Assembly (NCBI GenBank): GCA_963678395.1 | Contig: OY782827.1 | Coordinates: 790,506 to 814,505 of the forward strand | Reading direction: 5' to 3' | Source of the DNA: Acidaminococcaceae bacterium | GTDB taxonomy: Bacteria; Bacillota; Negativicutes; Acidaminococcales; Acidaminococcaceae | Length of the DNA stretch: 24,000 nt | In this document: positions 8,935 to 17,772 of the stretch, one piece after another | Layout of the letters: each line of letters begins with the position of its first letter | Position numbering within the stretch: the first letter of the stretch is position 1 | Program-made: the position numbers and the translations under genes | The notes under the pieces: generated by a model | The model's input: the letters and a program-made list of their open reading frames with translations, nothing else | Database searches by the model: none | What the model was told of the DNA's origin: nothing

Positions 8935-10236
8935 TTATATTTCCGGTTTATGGGTATCCTGTGCTAAAAGAAAGTCAATAATGTTTAAAAATTTAATTTT
9001 TTCATCACAAGTATCATAATATTCATCCATAGAAACTATGATTTTTTCGTAGTCAGAAGGTATTGCTTTTAATGTGGCAAATTTTTTGTCTATAGTTTCG
9101 TTGCATTTTAAAGTTGGAATAAATTGCAAACACTTTCTTACTCCTTGACCGACGGCATAAAAGTCAATTTCTTGTGTATCATATTTACCGCAGAAGACTT
9201 TATAGCCGCGGTGTAATAATTCAAAATAAATTGCTGTTTCCACAATTTTTGTATTATCAGGATCTGCAAAGGAGAGCAACATATTACGAATGCCAGAATC
9301 TGATAAATAGTATTTGGTCAAAAGAGGTAATTGAACATTGTTTTTAATATCAAAATAGGAGATTTTATATAAAATATAGGCTTTTTCTAGCAATAATATA
9401 TATTCAGAAATAATATCTTTATTATAGCTATCATTTTGATAATGGGAGGAAAGGCAGCAACTAACGTCGGCACGGGAAATAGCCTTTCCCGTGTTTCGTG
9501 CTACATAGCGTACAATTTTTTTTAAGGCTTGAATATCGCTAATGTTTTTATCTGTTGCTAGCAAAACATTTTTAATTATAATGCTATTGTACACACCTTC
9601 TAAAAAACCTTGGATTATAGCATTTTCCTGTGGCAAAAAGGGGATCGTAGGCAAGCCACCGAATTTAAGATAGTTTTTGTAATCAAGCTTGAGGTTTTCT
9701 TTCTGATCCATAAAGCTACGAGGCATTCTACGCAAAAAGTTATATTGCCTTGTATCTGTTTGACGTTTCCATAGTATGAATTGTAAATACTCATGAAATG
9801 ATAAAGGCAAGACATTAATAGTCACACAATTATCTTCAAATAATGGTGCAATACTAGATACGGCGGGGAAAACGTTTGAACTAGTAAGATAAATGTCAGC
9901 AACGCCTTCCGAATACCAACATTCAATAGCTTTTTCCCAATCTTTAACCAACTGTATTTCATCAAGAAAAAGATAACTTTTTTGCTTAACAGGTAATTTA
10001 TTTTTAATTTGCGTGCATAACTCCTGATAATTATTAATATTATCAAATTCGCTTAGTTCTAGGTTCATAGTGATAATATTGGTTGAAGGCACGCCCTCAC
10101 CTAATAAGTAATTTTTAAAAATGTCAAGAATAGTAGACTTACCGCATCGACGCATACCGGTTATTATTTTTATACGGGGTTGCTCGCGGTATGCAATTAG
10201 ATTATCTAAATATTGTTGTCTAATAATCATTTTCAT
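8935..10236 (-). CDS. ATP-binding protein, AAA_14 ATPase with DUF4143 C-terminal domain
   Basis: Walker A motif GMRRCGKST near the N-terminus and Walker B-like LFLDEIQ. Length and layout are typical of the AAA_14/DUF4143 family. The second ATG, at 10230, has better SD spacing (GGAGG plus 9 nt) than the first at 10236. Confidence 0.7.
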   Translation of the reverse strand: MKMIIRQQYLDNLIAYREQPRIKIITGMRRCGKSTILDIFKNYLLGEGVPSTNIITMNLELSEFDNINNYQELCTQIKNKLPVKQKSYLFLDEIQLVKDWEKAIECWYSEGVADIYLTSSNVFPAVSSIAPLFEDNCVTINVLPLSFHEYLQFILWKRQTDTRQYNFLRRMPRSFMDQKENLKLDYKNYLKFGGLPTIPFLPQENAIIQGFLEGVYNSIIIKNVLLATDKNISDIQALKKIVRYVARNTGKAISRADVSCCLSSHYQNDSYNKDIISEYILLLEKAYILYKISYFDIKNNVQLPLLTKYYLSDSGIRNMLLSFADPDNTKIVETAIYFELLHRGYKVFCGKYDTQEIDFYAVGQGVRKCLQFIPTLKCNETIDKKFATLKAIPSDYEKIIVSMDEYYDTCDEKIKFLNIIDFLLAQDTHKPEI

Positions 10237-10342
10237 GCGCCTCCACTAAATTATAAAATTTATAGCAAAGTTTGGTAGGAATGTTAAAAAAAACAATTTA
10301 AGCTTACGCAGTTTACTCATAGAGCTTAAATATTGATTTCAG

Positions 10343-11626
10343 TCAAAAATATCTTAAAAAAATATAAATATTGCAGATAATCATAGATAATAGCATCAAA
10401 GGAAAAGCTATTAAGAAAAATTTTACAAAAGAAATTGGATTGCCTCTTTGCGCGGCCATAGATGCAATAACTACATTGGCGCTTGCTCCAATAAGGGTTC
10501 CGAAACCACCAAGGCAGGCGCCTAGTGATAATGACCAGTAAATTGGCGCTAAATTACTAATTCCCATAGTTCCCATTTCTTTGATTAGGGGAAGTAAAGT
10601 AGCTACAAAGGGAATATTGTCGATAAAAGATGATGCTAATGCGCTTAACCAAAGAATAAGTATTGAGGTGAACTCAAGATTACCATGGGTCAAACTGGTT
10701 GTGGCATGTGCTAATATTTTGATTGTTCCTGTTTGTATTAAGGCCCCAACTAAAATGAAAAGACCTATAAAAAAGAAAATGGAAAGCCATTCAATGCGAC
10801 TAAAAACAGTTGTAAGGACTGCTTCATTGGTGGGAATGGTAATAAGCATTAGCAAACTGGCGCCTGTTAAAGCAGCAGTTGCTGTCTGCATATTTAATAC
10901 GGAATGGAACATGAAAAGCAAGATGGTAAAGGTTAAGACAAAAAGGCATTTTTTTAATAGAGCCATGTCTTTTATTTCACTTTTTTCATTTAAACGCATA
11001 ACATTTTCTTGCAACTCTGGAAGTGTGTGCAGTTTTTTGTGGTAAATAAGATATATAATAAGCATATTTATGACGAAGACTATTATGCATATAGGTGTCA
11101 AATTAGTTATAAAATCAATAAAGTCAAATCCTGCCGCGCTGCTTATCATTACATTAGGCGGATCACCGATTAAGGTTGCAGCACCACCTATATTGGCGGC
11201 AATAATTTGAGCTATTAAGAAAGGTTTTGCATCAATTTTCAGTTGCGAAGTAATGCTAAAGGTTACAGGAACCATTAATAAAACCGTTGTTACATTATCA
11301 AGAAAGGCGGAGAATACAGCCGTCAAAGTTGCCAAGGCAAAAAGTAGTGCCGCAGGTCTTGCGTTAGCCTTTTTTGCTGCCCAAAGGGCCATAAAATTGA
11401 AGAGACCTGTTTCACTTGTAATATTGACGATAATAATCATCCCAATTAGAAGACCTACGGTATTAAAATCAATACAAGCTATAGCTTGTGTTTGGTTCAA
11501 AATTCCCAGTACTATCAACAAAGAAGCACCGGCAAGAGCAACAACTGTACGATGAATTTTTTCCGAAATAATAAGAACATAGGAAAATGTAAAAATAATC
11601 ATTGCCACAACTGCACTGTTTGTCAT
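10343..11626 (-). CDS. ArsB/NhaD-superfamily (citrate-transporter-like) anion/ion permease
   Basis: 427 aa, polytopic, with AGGAGG 8 nt upstream. Shows the two-repeat transporter architecture with the GDPPN-type hairpin motif (LIGDPPNVMI) seen in ArsB/NhaD/SLC13-like permeases. Confidence 0.7.
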   Translation of the reverse strand: MTNSAVVAMIIFTFSYVLIISEKIHRTVVALAGASLLIVLGILNQTQAIACIDFNTVGLLIGMIIIVNITSETGLFNFMALWAAKKANARPAALLFALATLTAVFSAFLDNVTTVLLMVPVTFSITSQLKIDAKPFLIAQIIAANIGGAATLIGDPPNVMISSAAGFDFIDFITNLTPICIIVFVINMLIIYLIYHKKLHTLPELQENVMRLNEKSEIKDMALLKKCLFVLTFTILLFMFHSVLNMQTATAALTGASLLMLITIPTNEAVLTTVFSRIEWLSIFFFIGLFILVGALIQTGTIKILAHATTSLTHGNLEFTSILILWLSALASSFIDNIPFVATLLPLIKEMGTMGISNLAPIYWSLSLGACLGGFGTLIGASANVVIASMAAQRGNPISFVKFFLIAFPLMLLSMIICNIYIFLRYF

Positions 11627-11851
11627 TCAACTCGCCTCCTACTATAACCGCCTTTGAAAAAATAGTTGGGCGTATTATTTCCTGATATAGTGAAGTGTTG
11701 CACTTATAAGTCTAGTTATAATAAAAAAAGCAAACGTTTAATATGAAATATTTACTCTATTATACATTTTCCTATGCGCATATGTATATATATATAGCAT
11801 AATATAAGATTACATAATATAATAATTTGGCTTGTAACTATATTATATGTA

Positions 11852-11880
11852 ATTGAGTTCAGAAAATTGAAGTGTTATAA
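11852..11880 (+). promoter_or_regulatory. Candidate sigma-A promoter for the EncFtn-like gene
   Basis: TTGAGT (11852-11857), a 17-nt spacer, then TATAAT (11875-11880) preceded by an extended -10 TG (gTGtTATAAT), about 37 nt upstream of the ATG at 11917. Confidence 0.5.
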
Positions 11881-11916
11881 TCAAGGCAGGTAAATTTTTG
11901 AATGGAGGGTGATAAT

Positions 11917-12258
11917 ATGCCAGCTTTTGCAAACCCATTTCAGGGAAACGTCCAAAGAAAGTTAACAAAGGAAGAGCTAATTCAAGCCGTTAGACTTGAT
12001 ATTGCAGGAGAACTTGAGGCTATATATCTATATGATGCTCATGTTCAAGCGACTGATGATGAAAGAGCTAAAAAGGTTATTTCTGATATTCGCGATGAGG
12101 AAAAGTCTCATGTAGGTGAATTGATGACTTTACTTAGAATTCTTGATCCGCATGAAGCAGAACTTTTCATGGCGGGGGAAAAAGAAGTGCAAGAAATGCT
12201 TGCAGAGTTGGAAAAGTCAGCTAAAATTAAGACAATAGCTGAAATAGGAAGCAACTAA
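11917..12258 (+). CDS. Encapsulated-ferritin (EncFtn)-like ferritin-family protein
   Basis: 113 aa from the ATG at 11917 (GGAGGG 7 nt upstream). GELEAIYLYDAHV...IRDEEKSHVGELMTLL matches the E-x2-E...Y...EEKxH ferroxidase-centre pattern of EncFtn proteins (compare R. rubrum EELEAVDWYDQRV...RDEEKEHAAMTLEWL, from memory). Confidence 0.65.
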   Translation: MPAFANPFQGNVQRKLTKEELIQAVRLDIAGELEAIYLYDAHVQATDDERAKKVISDIRDEEKSHVGELMTLLRILDPHEAELFMAGEKEVQEMLAELEKSAKIKTIAEIGSN

Positions 12259-12259
12259 T

Positions 12260-12391
12260 ATGGATTTAGTTATTGGACAAGATATGGCAGTTGCCTATCT
12301 TGAACAGGCAGAACTTAACCATAGCTTTATAATTCTTGAGACAGCGTTCCCACGTATTAAGAGGGAACGGGCAATAGTTGTTTTTGAGTGA
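12260..12391 (+). pseudogene. Remnant of a family-1 encapsulin shell gene (C-terminal ~43 codons only)
   Basis: A short ORF below the track cutoff, MDLVIGQDMAVAYLEQAELNHSFIILETAFPRIKRERAIVVFE, aligns by eye to the extreme C-terminus of encapsulins (T. maritima ...[45 protein letters not shown]). It starts 1 nt after the EncFtn stop (TAAtATG) and is followed by a terminator. Confidence 0.55.
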
Positions 12392-12430
12392 TGTAGGCTA
12401 GAAAATAAAATATAGAAAAGCTTGAAATAC

Positions 12431-12488
12431 AACCTCCGAATTGGACAGTGAAAAGTAAATTCATTGTTTACTATTGGAGGTTTTTGTT
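12431..12488 (+). terminator. Candidate rho-independent terminator after the EncFtn / encapsulin-remnant unit
   Basis: Outer stem aacctcc / ggaggtt with inner pairing (agtaaa / tttact), followed by tttttgttt. Confidence 0.5.
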
Positions 12489-12807
12489 TACGCCAAAAAC
12501 CAGACTAGCTGTCACTGTTATTGGCTAATATGGGGTGAATATTTTCCAAGGAACTCTTGTACCATTGTGAGAGAAGTTTTTTTTGTTCCAATTTGTGATA
12601 AAATAAATTTATAAGAATTAGTTCGTTAATAAGAACAACATAAGTAATGAGTGTTTTTTGTACATGAATTATAAAGTAGATTAAATTACCAATTGAGTTG
12701 TCTCATATTTTTAATCGTAAAATTTATTCTCACAGCCTTGTCAAAGGGTGGAACCGAAACTGAAATGATGTTGGGTATGCGGAACTGTGGATGAATGGAG
12801 GCGAAAA

Positions 12808-15800
12808 ATGTTTGGGAGTGGGTTGGAAGAGCTTAAACAATTTATAACAAGTGCTTATTTTTGCATAGGAGCACTAATTACGGTTTGTTTTTTAACTTTT
12901 TTGTTTTTTCATTACCGGGTTTTGGGTGTCAAAAAAAAATTGCTTTCCGTGCGAACGTTGAAAAATAGCGAGATGCTCGGAATAGAAGAGATGCAGCAGA
13001 AGATGCTGCATCTCTCTGAGTTGCAAAAAAATGTTAAATGGGGAAATTATAACTTTCTTATACGCTATCGTAATAGAGTTTTATATGATAGTTTTAATGA
13101 AATTCGAGCTAAACTTTCTGAAGTTAAAAAAGAAGTCATAAGTTTGATACCAGCATCACGTTGGCTTGTTGACAATTTTCAGATGATATATAGAGAGCTG
13201 GAAAAAGTAAGCGATACTAGAATAGGGGATAGACCATTACCACTATTGCAAGAGGGCGAATTTCGCGGCTACCCTAGAATTTATGTGGTAGCCAGAGAAA
13301 TGTTAGAGCTTACGGGAGGCCGGTTAAGTGAAGAAAACATATTAACGTTACTAAAGAGCTACCAAAAAGGAACCATGCTTGCGGCAGCAGAGTTATGGGC
13401 TCTTCCGGAAATGCTTAGCCATAGCCTTTTAGAGAATATTATTGTTGTAGCAGAAGATATACTTTGGGTAACAAGTATAAAAACTCAAGCGGATGTTTTT
13501 GTTAAAGAAAGTTTTTTGCAAAATCCAGATAACCCTAGCATAGATATGCTCTTAAAAAAACTAGAAATTAAAGAAGCGGCAAAGGTTTATTTTCATTCAC
13601 AGGTTGTTTTTTTGTTGAAAAACATGTCTTTTGATGAAGTATCAATACAAAAATATTTAGAATACCATTGTACGCATAATTGTAAATTATTACGACCATC
13701 AAATTTATTTCAACAAGAAGGCAAGTTTGAGTCCTGTCTTGAAGCAAAAATACGTGAATTGCTTATAAGTTTGCGGGGAATCCATGAAATAGATGGAGAA
13801 GAACTTTTTGAGCAGCTATCTATATTAGAGGCTATATTACGACAAGATCCGGCTGGTGTATATGCGAAAATGGATGTGGAAAGCAGAGGGAATTATCGAG
13901 CTGTTATAGAAAAACTCATAGTAAAAAGAAATTTAGACGAAGGCATGGCAGCAAGAACTTGTTTGGAACTTGCACGGATAAATAGTTCCAATCTACGGTG
14001 TGCTAATCATGTAGGAACATACTTGGTAGGTCCTGGATATAATATTTTCAAAGCTAAAGTATTAAATAGAAACATACCGAAAAACAAAAAATACAAACAA
14101 AATGTTAAGGGAACAGCCTATTTCTGTTTAGTGGCAGCAATCTTCACATTGTTAATTTGTTTTTTATCGTATATTACACACAGGGTGCAAATACTCGGTG
14201 GTAGCTATAGCTACGCGCTTTTTTTCTTTTCAGTCGCATTTTTACTTTTTGGCGGAGCTATTGATTTGTCCAATAGAATATTTGCTAAGCTTGTTACTGT
14301 TGGTGCTTTACCAGCTATGGATTTCCAAAGCACTATTCCTAATAGTGCTAGGACATTTGTAGTGATGCCAATAATTGTTTTTACGAAAGAACAAGCAGCG
14401 GAAAGTATTGCTAGACTTCTTAAACAATATTTGGGTAACCAACAAGAGAATCTTTACTTTGCGCTATTAGTTGATTTTGCTGATGCTGAGGCTATGCATT
14501 TGCCCTCTGATAAAACGATAGAAGAAGAATTGACTAGTGGCATAAATAAAATTAACGCGCTTTATCCTTCCGATTATAGAAGGTTTTCTCTTTTTATCCG
14601 TGAGCGAAAATGGAATGCTGCGGAAAACTGCTATATGGGATGGGAGCGTAAAAGAGGAAAACTTGAAGAGTTTAATAGTCTGCTTAGTGGTGATAAGGGT
14701 ACTAGTTATGTAATAAAATTGTGCGATGAAAGAATTATAAATACATTTAAATATGTTATTACACTAGATTCTGATTCTGATTTATTAAAAAATATGGCGG
14801 CAAAATTAGTTGGTATAATCCATCATCCGCTTAATAGTCCGGAAATTGATTCGGATAGAAGCAAGGTTTCAGCAGGGTATGGTATAATTCAACCTGCCGT
14901 AAGCAATCATATTTATAAAGGCAGCTTATTTTCACAAGTGTTTAGTGGCAAGCAAGGCCTTGACCCTTATGCTCGTTCCATATTCGATATATATCAAGAT
15001 GTATTTGGAGAGGGTATATTTGTGGGAAAGGGTATTTATGTAATAAGTGCTTTTCATAATATTCTACACCAAAAATTTCCTGAAAACAGAGTGTTGAGTC
15101 ATGATTTATTGGAGAGTTGTTTTGTAAAAACCGCTTTTTCTTGTCAAGCTAGGATAATGGAAGATTATCCTAAAAATCTTCTTTCTTATGCTAAGCGAGA
15201 ACATCGTTGGATTAGAGGCGATTGGCAGTTATTACCTTGGCTTTTCAAACATAGCCAGTTGTCGAAATTATCAAGGTGGAAAATACTGGGAAATATTCTT
15301 AGCAGTCTAACGCCCTTGTTTAAATTATTTGTAATAATACTTAGTCTGGCTTTATTGCCGAAGTTTTATTATGTTGGTCTTATAATTGCACTTTTTCCTG
15401 ATGTATTTAACTTGTTATTTTTAATTTTTGAAACCATAATATATAAGTTGCGTAGCCCCAAGACAACGCTGGTCTATAAAGATTTTTTCAGAGAAATAAA
15501 AATTCGTTGTCAACGTAGTTTTTTTGAGTTGCTTTTTATGCCCTATATGGTCTTTGTTATCTCAGATGCTATATTACGTACAGTATACCGCCTATGTATA
15601 AGTAAGCAACATTTGCTTAATTGGAATACGTCAGCAATAACAGAAAAACAAACTAATAAGACAAAAGAGGCATATTATCGTAGTATGCATATTTCTGTTA
15701 TTATGGCTGTAGGTATTATCGTAGTATTACTACTTTTTGTTAAACAAAGTATTGCAAAAACATTTATTTTCATAACATTAGCCATTCTTTGGGGAAGTTC

Positions 15801-17772
15801 TTATCTTTGGGCTTATAATATTGGACAGGAAAAAGAGCGCTCTACACAAGAAGTCTTAGGTAGTGATGAAAAAGAGCTGCGCAAAATAGCTCGTAAGACA
15901 TGGCAATTTTTTAAAGATTATGCAACAAGTGATAATAATTGGTTGTGCCCGGATAATTATCAAAAAGAACCCAAAGAAAAGGTTACAGATAAAACATCTC
16001 CTACTAATATTGGCTTGCAAATGTTAGCAGTAGTGTCAGCTAGAGATTTGGGGTTTGAAACATTATCTGCCACTGTTTGTACTATAGAGAAAATGTTGGA
16101 TTCTATTGCTAGACTGCCAAAATGGAGGGGACATCTTTTTAACTGGTATAATATAAAGACGTTCGAGGTATTAGGACCACAATATATATCTACGGTAGAT
16201 AGTGGGAACTTTTTAGGGCATTTATTAACCGTAAAAAATGGACTAAAAGCTAGTGTGGTAAAGCCGTTGTTTTCTAAAACGCAAATAGACGGCTTACGAG
16301 AGCTTGGCGAGCTTTGTCAAGAAAAGCTAGAGCTGCAGGATAGCTATGCAACAGTGGAAGAGTTTGCCGCTACTATAAAAAACGCACAAAAAATTTTAGA
16401 GAAAAAGCAAGTAAATTCTACTTCTCAAGATATTTTCGCTGGTGAATTGCTAAAAAGTATGGATGCGTTACAGGAAGAGTTAGATATATTGAACCTTAAG
16501 GGTTATTCTTGTACAAATTGCCCTACTCTTAAAGAACGGGCAGAAACCGGGAATAAGTATGCACAGAATTTAGCGAAAAAAATAGCTGAAATTACTAAAA
16601 CCATAGATAAAATTGTGGCAGAGGCTGATTTTAGATTTTTGTACAACAAGAAACGCGCTTTATTTCATATTGGTTATCACGTTTCTTCCAAAAGTCTTGA
16701 TGAAGGCTGTTACGATTTGATTGCCTCTGAATGTCTTTTAACCAGCGTTTTGAATATTGCCCAAAATACGGTGCCGCTGAAGCATTGGTCAAAACTGGGT
16801 AGACCATTGACGTTGATAAAGGGATCACCTTGTTTTGTTTCCTGGAGTGGCACAATGTTTGAGTACCGTATGCCAAGTTTAGTGTTACAAGAATATGAAG
16901 GGTCGGTATTTTCAGAAACAGCTAGAGCTGTTGTGGCAGAAAATATTGCTTTTGCAAAAAAAAGAATGCTGCCTTGTTGGGGCATATCAGAATCGCAGTA
17001 TTATCAATTCGATCAAGATGGCAACTATCAGTACAGAGCATTTGGAGTACATAGTTTGCGGCTACAAACCTCATTAGGTAATCAAAATCTTGTGTTTGCA
17101 CCTTATGCAACTATGTTAGCACTTAGTTATGCAGACAAAGAGTGTATTGCCAATCTGAAAAATTTAGCCCAACTTGGTTGTGTTGGTACTTATGGTTATT
17201 ATGAAGCCATAGATTTTAATGGGCCAAACCCTGTTACGACAAAACCTTTTTCCATTGTAAAATCATTTATGGCACATCATCAAGGCATGATTTTAGTAGC
17301 AATCAATAATTATCTAAATAATGGGATTATGCAAAAAAGATTCCATAGTGAGCCTATGATACAAGCTGTTGCATCCTTGCTTGAGGAAAAGCGAGGGTCA
17401 TATTTTGTTAATATTCCTAAGGAAGGTTACAATATCAACTTCAAGGAAATAGAATTAAAACACGAAATACCAGAGAGCAGATACATTAATAAAGTGGCTC
17501 CAGAGATGCCGGTAGCGCATTTTCTTTCCAACGACAATTATTCTATTTTGGTAACGTCTGATGGTGATGGCTTTAGTAAATATAAGGATATGATGCTCTA
17601 CAGATGGAGACCAAATATTTATGACTGCACAGGGAATTACATTTTCATTAAGGATGTTAAGACAGGCAGCGTTTGGAGTAACACCTATAATCCTACAAAA
17701 AAGAACCGGACGAATACCATGTTATATTTTCTCTTCATCAGGCAGAATTCAAACGTCGAGATGGCGATATAA
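12808..17772 (+). CDS. cgs: Cyclic beta-1,2-glucan synthase (Cgs/ChvB/NdvB-type), segment 1: TM region + GT84 glycosyltransferase + cyclisation domain + start of GH94-like region; ends by frameshift
   Basis: ATG at 12808 lies 6 nt after GGAGG (the ORF track starts at GTG 12787). Multi-TM N-terminus; GT84-like core with ITLDSDSD (14767-14781 encode DSDSD) and HRWIRGDWQ (15202-15228); more TM helices; then ARKTWQFFKDY...WLCPDNYQ...TSPTNIGLQML, typical of the Cgs cyclisation/glucoamylase-like domain. The 0-frame runs only 23 codons past the A_AAA_AAG site at 17697-17703. Confidence 0.85.
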   Translation: MFGSGLEELKQFITSAYFCIGALITVCFLTFLFFHYRVLGVKKKLLSVRTLKNSEMLGIEEMQQKMLHLSELQKNVKWGNYNFLIRYRNRVLYDSFNEIRAKLSEVKKEVISLIPASRWLVDNFQMIYRELEKVSDTRIGDRPLPLLQEGEFRGYPRIYVVAREMLELTGGRLSEENILTLLKSYQKGTMLAAAELWALPEMLSHSLLENIIVVAEDILWVTSIKTQADVFVKESFLQNPDNPSIDMLLKKLEIKEAAKVYFHSQVVFLLKNMSFDEVSIQKYLEYHCTHNCKLLRPSNLFQQEGKFESCLEAKIRELLISLRGIHEIDGEELFEQLSILEAILRQDPAGVYAKMDVESRGNYRAVIEKLIVKRNLDEGMAARTCLELARINSSNLRCANHVGTYLVGPGYNIFKAKVLNRNIPKNKKYKQNVKGTAYFCLVAAIFTLLICFLSYITHRVQILGGSYSYALFFFSVAFLLFGGAIDLSNRIFAKLVTVGALPAMDFQSTIPNSARTFVVMPIIVFTKEQAAESIARLLKQYLGNQQENLYFALLVDFADAEAMHLPSDKTIEEELTSGINKINALYPSDYRRFSLFIRERKWNAAENCYMGWERKRGKLEEFNSLLSGDKGTSYVIKLCDERIINTFKYVITLDSDSDLLKNMAAKLVGIIHHPLNSPEIDSDRSKVSAGYGIIQPAVSNHIYKGSLFSQVFSGKQGLDPYARSIFDIYQDVFGEGIFVGKGIYVISAFHNILHQKFPENRVLSHDLLESCFVKTAFSCQARIMEDYPKNLLSYAKREHRWIRGDWQLLPWLFKHSQLSKLSRWKILGNILSSLTPLFKLFVIILSLALLPKFYYVGLIIALFPDVFNLLFLIFETIIYKLRSPKTTLVYKDFFREIKIRCQRSFFELLFMPYMVFVISDAILRTVYRLCISKQHLLNWNTSAITEKQTNKTKEAYYRSMHISVIMAVGIIVVLLLFVKQSIAKTFIFITLAILWGSSYLWAYNIGQEKERSTQEVLGSDEKELRKIARKTWQFFKDYATSDNNWLCPDNYQKEPKEKVTDKTSPTNIGLQMLAVVSARDLGFETLSATVCTIEKMLDSIARLPKWRGHLFNWYNIKTFEVLGPQYISTVDSGNFLGHLLTVKNGLKASVVKPLFSKTQIDGLRELGELCQEKLELQDSYATVEEFAATIKNAQKILEKKQVNSTSQDIFAGELLKSMDALQEELDILNLKGYSCTNCPTLKERAETGNKYAQNLAKKIAEITKTIDKIVAEADFRFLYNKKRALFHIGYHVSSKSLDEGCYDLIASECLLTSVLNIAQNTVPLKHWSKLGRPLTLIKGSPCFVSWSGTMFEYRMPSLVLQEYEGSVFSETARAVVAENIAFAKKRMLPCWGISESQYYQFDQDGNYQYRAFGVHSLRLQTSLGNQNLVFAPYATMLALSYADKECIANLKNLAQLGCVGTYGYYEAIDFNGPNPVTTKPFSIVKSFMAHHQGMILVAINNYLNNGIMQKRFHSEPMIQAVASLLEEKRGSYFVNIPKEGYNINFKEIELKHEIPESRYINKVAPEMPVAHFLSNDNYSILVTSDGDGFSKYKDMMLYRWRPNIYDCTGNYIFIKDVKTGSVWSNTYNPTKKNRTNTMLYFLFIRQNSNVEMAI

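Noticed and set aside
10581-11555. ORFs on the strand opposite the genes called here, inside the ArsB/NhaD gene (10581-11045, 11253-11555). Similar shadow ORFs occur opposite the yfcC, M20, GGDEF, AAA ATPase, cgs, exonuclease and mntH genes.
   Set aside because: They lie wholly opposite much longer ORFs with clear family signatures, lack RBSs, and translate to low-complexity or atypical sequence. They are typical shadow ORFs.
11785-11796. A (TA)6 dinucleotide run in the divergent ArsB / EncFtn intergenic region.
   Set aside because: Too short to call a microsatellite or Z-DNA element of significance, and common in AT-rich intergenic DNA.
12489-12807. The ~300-nt leader upstream of cgs as a possible riboswitch, for example c-di-GMP, given the nearby GGDEF gene.
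   Set aside because: I could not recognise conserved GEMM-I/II or other riboswitch core sequences, nor a terminator/antiterminator pair. A covariance-model scan would be needed, and nothing visible supports the idea.
1210-12807. ORF-track N-terminal extensions (1210, 4868, 7678, 11902, 12787) as true starts.
   Set aside because: In each case an internal ATG or GTG a few codons downstream has a properly spaced Shine-Dalgarno sequence, while the upstream alternative start has none.
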